The notes under the pieces are model-generated. The model was not told the DNA's origin. It did no database searches and was given only the letters and a program-made list of their open reading frames with translations. This document shows, one piece after another, positions 20,124 to 29,780 of a stretch of DNA of 64,000 nucleotides. Each line of letters opens with the position of its first letter. The first letter of the stretch is position 1. A program made the position numbers and the translations under genes. Source of the DNA: a virus; the IMG/VR virus record IMGVR_UViG_3300020419_000004; one strand, written 5' to 3'.

Positions 20124-21394
20124 TGCAAGATAGTAAGTCAAATTTTTCACTAAGGCATTTCGTTATCTCCGTACCAGGCGTAGACGAACCAGTTCCTATG
20201 ACACCCAATCATATCCTATACTTAAAGTATACTGAGGATATTAGAAGTGCATCTATCAGATTGGAAGCACAGATAACTGATAGTGGTACTGGAGCAGTGT
20301 CAGCACTACAGGGTATGGAACCAGTATTCATTGGATGGGAAGACACAGAGGATCCTACTAATTTCTATCAGATCAACGGAGTCATATATGACATACAGGA
20401 TAGAACCACTAAGGATGGTAAGTCTAAAGCTACCTTATTAATATGTACATACGATTTCGTAAACAACGCTGCTACTAAATTATCCAAACGATTTGGTAAA
20501 GGTGGTGGGCGTAAGATCCATGATATAGTGAAGAAAGAGATCTTACAAGATGTCTTACACACAACGTATGACATTCATATAGAGGATACTCAGAATAAAT
20601 TCTCCTTCATATCACCATACTGGTCACCATATACTATGATCAAATGGTTGTGTGCTAAATCTATACCTGCAAGGAAGAAAGGAACTAAGAATGCATCTGC
20701 AGGCTATTGTTTCTACCAGAACAAGAGAGGGTATAACTTTGAGTCCTATGATAACTTCTCTCGTAAGGATCCAGTTAAAAAATTTGTGGTGGGTCACCAA
20801 CCCGAAGAGGGAGAGGAAGATACAGACAAAGGTATCATACCTATTGATAAGATGTCAGTGGTCTCTAGCTTTGATGTACTCAAGGGATTGAACATAGGAT
20901 CATACAATAGTATGGTGATGACATTGGATGTAAAGGATATGAATTACGTAGAGCATCCCTTTAACATAACTAAATATTACAAGGAAGTACCCCTAATGAA
21001 CCCTAACTTTGTAGCACCAGAGTACTACAAGAAGTTTGATAGGGATAACGCACACACTCGTATTATGTCTAAAGTGATGGATACTGCACTCTTTACTGAA
21101 GGTACATACAGTAAGGGAATGACAAGGCAACTGTCCCAAGCATCCCTCAGGGAAAAATTATTTTATAGTAAAGCAGTCGAAGTAGAATATATTGGTACGA
21201 ATGAATTGACAGTCGGTGACGTAGTAGAACTACTAACGTTCAAAGGCAAAGACAGAGATACAGACTATGAGAATAGTGGTTTCTATGTTATTGGTAGGAT
21301 AGAGAAGCAGTTCTTGTCTGCTGACGATAAGATGTCAACCAAATGTATTTTGTATACAGATAGTCCTGGCTCAATGCCTAGTATGAACTCATGA
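20123..21394 (+). CDS. Baseplate hub protein, gp27/gpD-like
   Basis: Y.EDI....I...A.I.DS; SP.WSPY..IKWL; YCFYQNKRGYNF; directly before gp5. Confidence 0.6.
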   Translation: MQDSKSNFSLRHFVISVPGVDEPVPMTPNHILYLKYTEDIRSASIRLEAQITDSGTGAVSALQGMEPVFIGWEDTEDPTNFYQINGVIYDIQDRTTKDGKSKATLLICTYDFVNNAATKLSKRFGKGGGRKIHDIVKKEILQDVLHTTYDIHIEDTQNKFSFISPYWSPYTMIKWLCAKSIPARKKGTKNASAGYCFYQNKRGYNFESYDNFSRKDPVKKFVVGHQPEEGEEDTDKGIIPIDKMSVVSSFDVLKGLNIGSYNSMVMTLDVKDMNYVEHPFNITKYYKEVPLMNPNFVAPEYYKKFDRDNAHTRIMSKVMDTALFTEGTYSKGMTRQLSQASLREKLFYSKAVEVEYIGTNELTVGDVVELLTFKGKDRDTDYENSGFYVIGRIEKQFLSADDKMSTKCILYTDSPGSMPSMNS

Positions 21395-24024
21395 GTGAAG
21401 GTAACGCTAATTTTATAGGTAAAGATGGTTTCAACTGGTTCGTAGGACAAGTTGAGAACGATGGTAGTGGTCACTTTTTATCTGACCTTGCCAAGAATGT
21501 TGCTGGCAGTGCAGTCAATATTGCAACCAGAACTAATCCTTTACTAGCAGCACTAGCAGGTAAAACAAACTTTGACTGGGACTGGACTAACAAGGTAAAG
21601 GTTAGGATCATGGGTTACCATAGTCCTAGTAAAATTGATTTACCTACAGAAGATCTACCATGGGCGTTGGTAATGATGCCCGTCACCTCTCCACAGAGAT
21701 CTGGTATTGGTAGTGTACACCAGTTACAAATAAATTCTTGGGTTATCGGTTTCTTCATGGATGGAGAGAACGCACAGGTTCCTATCATCCTAGGTGCTCT
21801 TGGTGATGAAAATCCTCAGGGTGGTTATGGTTCTCTAGGTGGTACGTCAGTAGGATTTGATCAACTGTCTGCACCTGCATATAATGAGAAGAAACATGGT
21901 GGTGAGGGTAGTAGCGTAGGTGGTACAGGTAGTACAGTACAAGATAACGAAGAGACAGGACAGGAAGAGGCACCAAAAAATAATGATGGTATACCAGACG
22001 AGGAAGGTAAGGACGATACTAAGAACCCTCGTGGTCCTGCTGAAGGTCAGACGCAATCACAGCAAGCAGCGAACAAAAAGAAATGTGTAACAGTACAGGT
22101 TGGTAATGGTAAGTGTGGTGGTGAGACTGCTACAAAACTAGAAGCACCCATGGCAGAGTTCATGAAGTTTGCCCGTGGTATCGAACAGAACGCCATAGGT
22201 GACTTCATTGACAAGCAAACAGGAGATATAGTTGACCTAGAACAGAAGATTACAAGCACTACTAACAGAATACAGGCAAAACTCAATGGTCTACTTGGTA
22301 ATATCAAGGGTGTTGTCATGGAAGATGTCAACAAACTGGTACAGGAAGGTCTTGATGAGATAAGCATACCCAATCCAGACCTAGAAAATGAAGTCAAGAC
22401 CCAACTTAAGGACGTTGGTGGACTAGTATCATGTCTATTCAAGGACATGATCGAAGATCTGAAGGACTTCATCAAAGGTATGCTTGAAGATCTGTTGGAG
22501 AATGTACTTGACACTGCACTGTGCTTGATTGAAAACATGATTGGTGACATCATGGGTAAGATCATGGAGAAGATAGACGGAGCATTGAGTGTATTGAAAG
22601 GGGTGACTGGATCTATCAAGGGTGCTGCTGATAAGATACAAGGTTTATTAAGTAAGGTTGGTGAGTTCCTAGATTTATTCTGCGATGGTGCAGTATCATG
22701 TGCTATTGGTGCATCTGTATTTGAAACATGTCATGGTGCTAAAGCAAAGGGTAATGATGCAAAGGCAAAAGAAGTTGAGCAGTATCCAGTCAAACCACCT
22801 GCTGCAGGTGAGGTTATTGGTGACGGTAAGCCAATCAATGGTTTCGTACCTTTCGTCAAGGATGGCATCAAGCAAGTATTTGACACCAAGAGTGGTGCTC
22901 TGACAGCATTATCAAGTGCTGCAGGTATAGCAAGTGGCATAACTGCTCTTAATTTTGACACTAGAGGACCGTTACAAAAGTTTGAGGGGTTGAATTTCTA
23001 CGGAAGTGATGGTAAGATAGCAAGTAGTGCTGTCAACTGCAACAATAGTATACTCAACAAGAAACCCTGCTTCCCCGAAATGGTCTGGGATAACTTGCAA
23101 TCTACAACTCCAGTGAAGGCACTACCTATTATTGATGATATTGGAACTATTGTTGGTGTATTCATGCGTAACAAGGGTTCCAGAGTAAATCTAGAAGCAA
23201 AAGTTCGTGCTCAGTTCACATGTAATGAACCTGAGGGTGGAGGTGCAACCTTCAAACCTAACATCATAGACGGTGGACTAGAGACAGGTAATATAGTAGA
23301 CTCAATCACAGTTACCTCTGGTGGTATCGGATATGGATTTGATCCTGCTGACACATTCTGTCCCAAAGAACAGTATGCTGCTCTAGTTCCAAAGGCAGGT
23401 TTAGTTCAATATCTTAAGGATGGTGACATACTTATGTTATCCAAGACTGCTGCAGGCGTTGAGGATCCTACCACACCTGACCTATTGAACGTGGTTGATG
23501 TAGACCATGATGATGACCACATCCTCATTGCTACAATTGATCCCAAATATAATGCACAGTTTGAGATAGGTATGGAGTTGATGACCAAATCAAAACACAA
23601 ATTCATACTAAACTTCCAAAATAAATTCCCAGATCTTATAGTACCAGGTCAAGCAAAGGCAGTATATGCCAATTGTGGTGACATGATACCTGTCATAGAG
23701 ACAATTAAACCTATCAACGTGGGTGCAAACTATGTCAATCCTATTATTACTATAGGTAATGGTGAGAAAGAACAACAAATTGGTACGTTTAGTACTGATA
23801 AAGATGGTAGACTGGTCGAACCTACCATAACTAACAAGGTTCTTGGCTTTGTTAAACCAAAAATTAGAGATGTAGGAACAACAGACACGCCTGGTCGTGG
23901 ATCTGGTGCTGAAATAGCACCAACTTATACCTTCACAGGTCCGAGAAAGATCAAAGAGACAGGTATTTTACAGCGTCAAACCTACATAGATTGTGTCGGA
24001 CACCCGATGTTAAATGGCAGTTAA
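21391..24024 (+). CDS. gp5: gp5 N-terminal (OB-fold) baseplate hub protein with long extension
   Basis: FIGKDGFNWFVGQVE; KVRIMGYH; LPWA; WVIGFFMDG...QVPIILG. Confidence 0.85.
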   Translation: MSEGNANFIGKDGFNWFVGQVENDGSGHFLSDLAKNVAGSAVNIATRTNPLLAALAGKTNFDWDWTNKVKVRIMGYHSPSKIDLPTEDLPWALVMMPVTSPQRSGIGSVHQLQINSWVIGFFMDGENAQVPIILGALGDENPQGGYGSLGGTSVGFDQLSAPAYNEKKHGGEGSSVGGTGSTVQDNEETGQEEAPKNNDGIPDEEGKDDTKNPRGPAEGQTQSQQAANKKKCVTVQVGNGKCGGETATKLEAPMAEFMKFARGIEQNAIGDFIDKQTGDIVDLEQKITSTTNRIQAKLNGLLGNIKGVVMEDVNKLVQEGLDEISIPNPDLENEVKTQLKDVGGLVSCLFKDMIEDLKDFIKGMLEDLLENVLDTALCLIENMIGDIMGKIMEKIDGALSVLKGVTGSIKGAADKIQGLLSKVGEFLDLFCDGAVSCAIGASVFETCHGAKAKGNDAKAKEVEQYPVKPPAAGEVIGDGKPINGFVPFVKDGIKQVFDTKSGALTALSSAAGIASGITALNFDTRGPLQKFEGLNFYGSDGKIASSAVNCNNSILNKKPCFPEMVWDNLQSTTPVKALPIIDDIGTIVGVFMRNKGSRVNLEAKVRAQFTCNEPEGGGATFKPNIIDGGLETGNIVDSITVTSGGIGYGFDPADTFCPKEQYAALVPKAGLVQYLKDGDILMLSKTAAGVEDPTTPDLLNVVDVDHDDDHILIATIDPKYNAQFEIGMELMTKSKHKFILNFQNKFPDLIVPGQAKAVYANCGDMIPVIETIKPINVGANYVNPIITIGNGEKEQQIGTFSTDKDGRLVEPTITNKVLGFVKPKIRDVGTTDTPGRGSGAEIAPTYTFTGPRKIKETGILQRQTYIDCVGHPMLNGS

Positions 24025-24883
24025 CTTATTTTCGGGTGGATCTATCCTCAATAGATTTCTACCTGACATCAAAATTAGATATCCTCAGAACTGGGTAGAA
24101 ATAAGTTCTGCAGGTCACGTATTCGAGAGGAATAACACCAAAGATGGTGAGCAATTCCGAATGATCCATGCTCTTGGCAACTTCATTGACATGGACGAGA
24201 AGAAGAATACAAACATAGTCTCCTACAATGATTTGATCGTTTTAGCTGACCATAATGTTGTAATTCGTTGTGGTGAAGATCCTAAAACAGATAAATTAGT
24301 CTTACAGGTGATAGGAGACGTTAATTTGTATGTCGAAGGTGACATGCATACTGAAGTCGAAGGCAATCGCTATGATATAGTGAATGGCAACTGGCAACAA
24401 GAGTGCAAGGGTGTCTACAGTTTGATTGCTGATGAGAACATGACAGTTGTCAGTAAGAACCAGATGAAACTCAGGTCTAATTCTTACGAGAACAAAACTA
24501 CCTTCTTATACAATGACTTGACTGAAGGTGGCTCCATCAAGGAGGATGTCAAAGGAAATTATGAAGTTAGAGTCCAGAAGGAATCATCGACGTTCTCAGT
24601 CCGTAGTGACGGAGATATTCGTACCGAAGCACTCAAGTGTAGGTATGAGAAGACCGATGGTAATGTTATCCAACAGGTAACAGGAAAGGTAAAGACAACC
24701 ATAAGTGGTTCGTCAGTATCTTGCATAAGCGGTGGTTCATTCGATGGAATGGCTGCAGTACCTTCAGGCAATAGTTATGACATCAATGTTACTGGTGTGA
24801 TGAACACATATTCCAGTGGCAACTATAATGTAGGATCAGGTGGCAACATAGACATGGATGCTACCAACATCTATTTGAATTGA
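24014..24883 (+). CDS. gp5 C-terminal-like beta-helix spike protein
   Basis: YPQNWVEISSAGHVFE; V.GD..L.VEG...TEVEGN repeats. Confidence 0.7.
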   Translation: MAVNLFSGGSILNRFLPDIKIRYPQNWVEISSAGHVFERNNTKDGEQFRMIHALGNFIDMDEKKNTNIVSYNDLIVLADHNVVIRCGEDPKTDKLVLQVIGDVNLYVEGDMHTEVEGNRYDIVNGNWQQECKGVYSLIADENMTVVSKNQMKLRSNSYENKTTFLYNDLTEGGSIKEDVKGNYEVRVQKESSTFSVRSDGDIRTEALKCRYEKTDGNVIQQVTGKVKTTISGSSVSCISGGSFDGMAAVPSGNSYDINVTGVMNTYSSGNYNVGSGGNIDMDATNIYLN

Positions 24884-25134
24884 ATGTCGAATTAAGAGAA
24901 CCAATGACTTTTCACATGTCAGTAACCAAGCAAGAAGCACTATTCTTAAAGAGCATACTTGCAAAGCATTTAGACGATTACGTAGAAGAAATCGTAAGAG
25001 AAGAAACAAATAATTCCCAAGCCATGCAGCATCTACAGGAAACTCGTGCGACTGGACTTAGCCTCATAGAGAAGGCAGGTGAGGTCAATCGACGTGCCAG
25101 TAGAAGTTCTGGCCACCCATACTTTACAAATTAA
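24880..25134 (+). CDS. Hypothetical protein
   Basis: Coupled ORF, helical. Confidence 0.6.
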   Translation: MNVELREPMTFHMSVTKQEALFLKSILAKHLDDYVEEIVREETNNSQAMQHLQETRATGLSLIEKAGEVNRRASRSSGHPYFTN

Positions 25135-25151
25135 AAAGTCCGTGCTAGTAT
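25123..25151 (+). promoter_or_regulatory. sigma70-type promoter upstream of the ACP block
   Basis: TTTACA-17 nt-TAGTAT. Confidence 0.55.
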
Positions 25152-25176
25152 AGATAAGTCCCGTATTGTCCAGTAA

Positions 25177-25386
25177 ATGACCGATGAATTAACAAATCCG
25201 TCCATCTTTGACGGTAGTGAGGAGCTACTAGCAAAGGTTACGGTTGACATTCCTAGGAAACAGTTTACAATGTTATCAAATAGGGGATCAATGAAAACTG
25301 TCACATGCGATGATGGTGACCAATTCCTGAGAGTTCTCGATCTCGTTCGAGACACAGTAAAATTTGATGATGTGGTGTATCTTTAA
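25177..25386 (+). CDS. Hypothetical protein
   Basis: 69 aa; TAATG coupling to the ACP gene. Confidence 0.65.
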   Translation: MTDELTNPSIFDGSEELLAKVTVDIPRKQFTMLSNRGSMKTVTCDDGDQFLRVLDLVRDTVKFDDVVYL

Positions 25387-25865
25387 TGTCTTATAACAAA
25401 ACTTATTCTGAAATAAAGCAGATCCTCAAGGACAACAAGAAGATCTCTAAAATGACTATGGTCAAGGTTGCTAAGATGGCAATCATTGAGACCATGGGTG
25501 AAACCAGACAACTTGAAACAGAAGTGACATGGGATTCTAAACTAGGTGATGACCTAGAACTAGACAGTCTAGACATGGTAGAACTTGTCATGTTCTTGGA
25601 AGAATGTTTTAATGTTGAAATACCTGACGAAGAAGCAGGTGAAATAGTTACCGTTGGTGATGCTATTGAAGTAATTAAAAAATGCAAGGCAAACAAGGGT
25701 AAAAAGAAAACGATCAATGTATCTAAGTACAAGAAGGCAGCAAATCCAGATGCACCTTTAACTGCTGCAAAGGCAGCACGTGCTCAGGCAGATGCTGCTG
25801 CTAAGAAAACAGCAGAGATCGAAGCAGAAATAGATAAAGCAATAGAGGAAGATGAAAAAGTCTGA
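25386..25865 (+). CDS. acpP: Acyl carrier protein with N- and C-terminal extensions
   Basis: [36 protein letters not shown]; attachment Ser codon at 25566. Confidence 0.9.
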   Translation: MSYNKTYSEIKQILKDNKKISKMTMVKVAKMAIIETMGETRQLETEVTWDSKLGDDLELDSLDMVELVMFLEECFNVEIPDEEAGEIVTVGDAIEVIKKCKANKGKKKTINVSKYKKAANPDAPLTAAKAARAQADAAAKKTAEIEAEIDKAIEEDEKV

Positions 25866-26037
25866 ACTAATACACTGGAGATTACAGGCAATGCTAAGAG
25901 AGCATAGTTTTAGTGATCTTGCATACTTAGGGGTAAGACCTGATAGTATTGGTATGGATCAACACTGGTATAGTATAGATGGTAATGAAGTACCAGTTGA
26001 TGCTATTCAAGAAGTAGAATCAGTAGAGGAAGAGTGA
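25852..26037 (+). CDS. Hypothetical protein
   Basis: 61 aa coupled ORF. Confidence 0.65.
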   Translation: MKKSELIHWRLQAMLREHSFSDLAYLGVRPDSIGMDQHWYSIDGNEVPVDAIQEVESVEEE

Positions 26038-26720
26038 AGAGAGTTTATTGGGACTATACATTGGGAGACAACCCCAATGTACAATTCCCTCCTGAGATTG
26101 TAAAAGACCCAAAAAAATATCGGGCAGGATATTCGTCCAAATACGATCATGCCAAATGTCCTGCATGGAAGAAGTGGACTGAGAACTGTTGGGAAGTAAC
26201 TCAACCGTTCGATATTGGTATGAAATGTGATACCAAGAATGCAAAACTTGCTACTGACTTATCACAGAAAGCATATGATGCTTACGTTCATGTGGGAGAG
26301 AACTGGTTAGGGGGTCCTTATCCAGAAATTCAATTTAGGTTGAGTTACATGCTATGGACAAACGAGAAAGATGTATGGGTGGAACAGATCCCACATCCTT
26401 TATTGTCTAGATATGGATTTGAGTTGATACCTGCAACGTTCCCCATATCACACTGGCATAGACCACTGGTAGTTGGAATGAAGATCCTAGATACGGATCG
26501 GAACTTGATGCTCAAGCAAGGTACTCCACTATATTATTTCAGACTATACTCCAAGAAGAGTGATCCAGACTTCATCATAGAACGTAAGGCACCTCCAGAG
26601 GAGTGGCACAAAGCTAACAAACAAACTGCTATACTACGTGAGTTCCTTCCTTTCAAGTCATGGGACATCATTAAACAGAGATTATCCAATGGTGGTAAAT
26701 GTCCGATCAAGTGGAAATAG
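26034..26720 (+). CDS. Conserved cyanophage hypothetical protein (beta-rich)
   Basis: KCPAW; LKQGTPLYYFR. Confidence 0.7.
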   Translation: MKRVYWDYTLGDNPNVQFPPEIVKDPKKYRAGYSSKYDHAKCPAWKKWTENCWEVTQPFDIGMKCDTKNAKLATDLSQKAYDAYVHVGENWLGGPYPEIQFRLSYMLWTNEKDVWVEQIPHPLLSRYGFELIPATFPISHWHRPLVVGMKILDTDRNLMLKQGTPLYYFRLYSKKSDPDFIIERKAPPEEWHKANKQTAILREFLPFKSWDIIKQRLSNGGKCPIKWK

Positions 26721-27145
26721 ATTTATTTGAGGAGTGGTTCGAGGGAGAGTTTGATAACTGGGGTCAGGCATCATCTAATCCTACATCATGGGCTCATATA
26801 TTTGTGAAGCATGAGAAGATAGACGACCATAAGTTCCTTACCAGTTCACGATACAACTATGAACCGAACAAACCATACAGAGAACAGGTAGTAGAAGTGA
26901 CAGAACCTGTTGTCCTCGGTGCTCAGGTCTCTATTATAATAGTAAAAAATCCTGCATGTGATATGATATTCTCTTACATGGAAGAGGATGGTTATTTCCT
27001 TGGTAACTCATGTGATGGATGCACATGGAAGGGTAAACCACTAGAGAGTAAGGCTAAATTATACAAGGATAAGTACCATACATGGGATAAAGGGTACTGG
27101 CAAGGCAGCGAAGGTTTCTTTCACTTTGATAAGAGTTATAAATAA
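26699..27145 (+). CDS. cpeT: T-type phycobiliprotein lyase
   Basis: FEGEFDNWGQA..NP..WAHI; YNY...KPYR; CDMIF; GC; WDKG; WQGS..GFFHF. Confidence 0.85.
   Translation: MSDQVEIDLFEEWFEGEFDNWGQASSNPTSWAHIFVKHEKIDDHKFLTSSRYNYEPNKPYREQVVEVTEPVVLGAQVSIIIVKNPACDMIFSYMEEDGYFLGNSCDGCTWKGKPLESKAKLYKDKYHTWDKGYWQGSEGFFHFDKSYK
27137..27144 (+). promoter_or_regulatory. Late promoter
   Basis: TATAAATA (full T4 consensus) 28 nt before the GTG start. Confidence 0.8.
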
Positions 27146-27172
27146 CCTTGAACGTTTTATTGTGGAATAGGT

Positions 27173-28756
27173 GTGGCAACACGTAAAATATCTGATCTTA
27201 CATTATTAGACGCTGGTAATGTATCGTCTTCTGATACATTATTATTACTTGATAACTCAGACCCAACTGATCAAAATAAAAGATCTGCAGTCGGAAGTAT
27301 ATTCCGTGCAGTACCTTCTGGTACGTACTCAGTGCCAGGTGTTCAGTTCGAGTTAAAGACAAAGACAGGAATATTCTCTGAATCACAGGGACAAATTGGT
27401 CTTGCGATGGGAGACGCGAGATTAAACCTACAAAAGGTAGGTACAACATTAAATATACAGGCAAAGGATAGTGCTGACACGAACCTAGACTTTACCATAT
27501 CTGCTCAAGGTACTGGTAAGATACGTCTAGGTTCTATTTTGGCAATCACTGATACCTTGTTTATCATCCCAAACTCTTCAGATAATACTAAGGTTGCAAA
27601 GTTTAGTACAGCAGATATGCCAACAGGTGTAACACATACTTACGTGTTACCTTCAAATGGTGCTGTTGCTGCATCTGATACATTAGTCACACTGGCTGCA
27701 ACACAGACATTAACTAATAAAACTCTATCAAATGCTGCATTCACTGGAACGCTGACTGTTGAAACAATTCAAATCAATGGTAATACAACCTTAGGTGATG
27801 GTGCAAGTGATAGCATGACAGTTAATGCTGCTAGTATATTCAGTGCTTCAGCAACATTCTCTAACACTGCAATATTTCAACAGACTGTTGACATAACCAG
27901 TACTCTTACATGTAACGACCACATTGAGATGGTTGATGATAAGCAAATCAGGTTGGGAACTGATGATGACTATAAATTATATTATCTCACTGCTTCAGAC
28001 AATGCTTACCTATCAACATTTGGAACTACCAAACTAACTATATCCTCTGCTGAGGTAGGAATACTAAATGCAGGTCATACATCATACTATTTCAAAGGTA
28101 GTGAAACAGCATCAATAGTATATCATAACAACTCTGCACGAGTTACAACCACAAACACAGGAATTTCGATTGGAGGAGCAATAGATGATGTCACATCTAT
28201 CACAGGCAGTGGCGACATCGCTATTGCTACTGACAAGTTTACTCTGGCTAGTGCTAGTGGTAACGCTGTATTTGGGGGGAACATTACCGCAAATGGCACA
28301 GGTGATTTCCAACTAGGATCACAGGCAACTACTAAATGCGGTATTGGTAGGGCACCTACTACATATAACCTCGAAGTTGAGGGAACTATATATGCTACAG
28401 GATCTACCCTTATTGCAGGTAATGCAAGTGCTGGTAAATTTATCATCCAAAAGGGTGTCGCAGGTATTGGGATGCACTTTACTGATAATACAGGCACAGA
28501 TCAAATGGTGCTAGATACTAATGGTAACCTCGGTATCGCCAAAACTCCAACTAAAAAATTGGATGTATTAGGTGACTCTAACATCGACGGAGACCTAGCT
28601 ATCACAACCACTAACCCTGCTGCAGGTACAGGTGGTAAGATCACTGCCAGAGAAATCGTCCTCACAGATTCCCAAACAGGGGCAACTGCAACATTAAACG
28701 CAAATACATCTGGGGGTACTTCCAGAGGTAAAGTATACTTCCATTCATTTAATTAA
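27173..28756 (+). CDS. Tail fibre or virion structural protein
   Basis: ATRKISDL; TLTNKTL; GIG..P...L.V.G repeats. Confidence 0.75.
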   Translation: MATRKISDLTLLDAGNVSSSDTLLLLDNSDPTDQNKRSAVGSIFRAVPSGTYSVPGVQFELKTKTGIFSESQGQIGLAMGDARLNLQKVGTTLNIQAKDSADTNLDFTISAQGTGKIRLGSILAITDTLFIIPNSSDNTKVAKFSTADMPTGVTHTYVLPSNGAVAASDTLVTLAATQTLTNKTLSNAAFTGTLTVETIQINGNTTLGDGASDSMTVNAASIFSASATFSNTAIFQQTVDITSTLTCNDHIEMVDDKQIRLGTDDDYKLYYLTASDNAYLSTFGTTKLTISSAEVGILNAGHTSYYFKGSETASIVYHNNSARVTTTNTGISIGGAIDDVTSITGSGDIAIATDKFTLASASGNAVFGGNITANGTGDFQLGSQATTKCGIGRAPTTYNLEVEGTIYATGSTLIAGNASAGKFIIQKGVAGIGMHFTDNTGTDQMVLDTNGNLGIAKTPTKKLDVLGDSNIDGDLAITTTNPAAGTGGKITAREIVLTDSQTGATATLNANTSGGTSRGKVYFHSFN

Positions 28757-28758
28757 CC

Positions 28759-29769
28759 ATGGCAACTAAGCAAAATGGTGTACTTGGTTCTTTTACACCA
28801 ACAGTCACACCATACACAAACGGAACCGTCGAAGCTAACGCACAGGCGATAACAACACAGGAATTTCCTTTTTATACATGTCCTGGTGCGACAGTCGTTA
28901 GTGCCAAGTTAGTAATATCAAATAATACTGGTGGCACTGCTGCAGTAGACGTAGGGATAATCGAACAGACAGACGCTATACAATTAGATACACCAGGTAA
29001 CCAACCTGGCACACCTGTAAACTATGAGGGTTTCTCACTACCTACAGGTCAGTACACATCATCAATTGTTGCTGATGTTGCTAACGTAACTGGTACATTC
29101 TCTGTTGGTGAGACAGTAACTTGGACAAATACCTCTGTTACTCCTAATGCACAGAGTGGAGTTGTACAGTATTGGGACGCAAGTAACAGCAAGTTGTGGT
29201 TCAGAGGACTACAATATGCCACTTCACTAGAGCAAGCCACAGGAGATGTTACTTTCACAGGTGGTACATCTGGTGCTGTTGCTTCTGTTGGAACCTCACA
29301 TGCAGGAACTGGTACAACCAGAGGTAACTCAGGTAGAGTTAAGTACTTTGATAAACTGAGAGGTATTATTTACTTTGATAACCATGAGTTTAGGAACAAT
29401 TTAGATTATACTCTAGCAAAGTTCCGTGATCTTAATAATGAAGTGAGAGTTCTTGATAACAATAACTTACTCAGAGCTCATACCAATAAGCACAGACCTG
29501 TTGCTACTACTGTTGCTAGGATTGCTGCTTCAAACACAACACCTGCAACAGAGTTTATTGATGCAGCTGGTGTTGAGCTATTGGTATCTGGGGTATCAAT
29601 GATCAAAGAACATCAATACCTTGTCAAGGGCAGAGATGTTGCTGACAAAACTATATTTGAACTAGGTGGATTGGTCTTAGGATCATATCAGTCAATTTAT
29701 ATTAAATCTACTGCTGCTGTTACTGCAACCTTAATTGGATTTGAAGAAACTGCAGAGACACCTTCATAG
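28759..29769 (+). CDS. Virion structural protein
   Basis: Thr/Gly-rich beta protein within the late operon. Confidence 0.65.
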   Translation: MATKQNGVLGSFTPTVTPYTNGTVEANAQAITTQEFPFYTCPGATVVSAKLVISNNTGGTAAVDVGIIEQTDAIQLDTPGNQPGTPVNYEGFSLPTGQYTSSIVADVANVTGTFSVGETVTWTNTSVTPNAQSGVVQYWDASNSKLWFRGLQYATSLEQATGDVTFTGGTSGAVASVGTSHAGTGTTRGNSGRVKYFDKLRGIIYFDNHEFRNNLDYTLAKFRDLNNEVRVLDNNNLLRAHTNKHRPVATTVARIAASNTTPATEFIDAAGVELLVSGVSMIKEHQYLVKGRDVADKTIFELGGLVLGSYQSIYIKSTAAVTATLIGFEETAETPS

Positions 29770-29780
29770 AGTTCTAAAAG

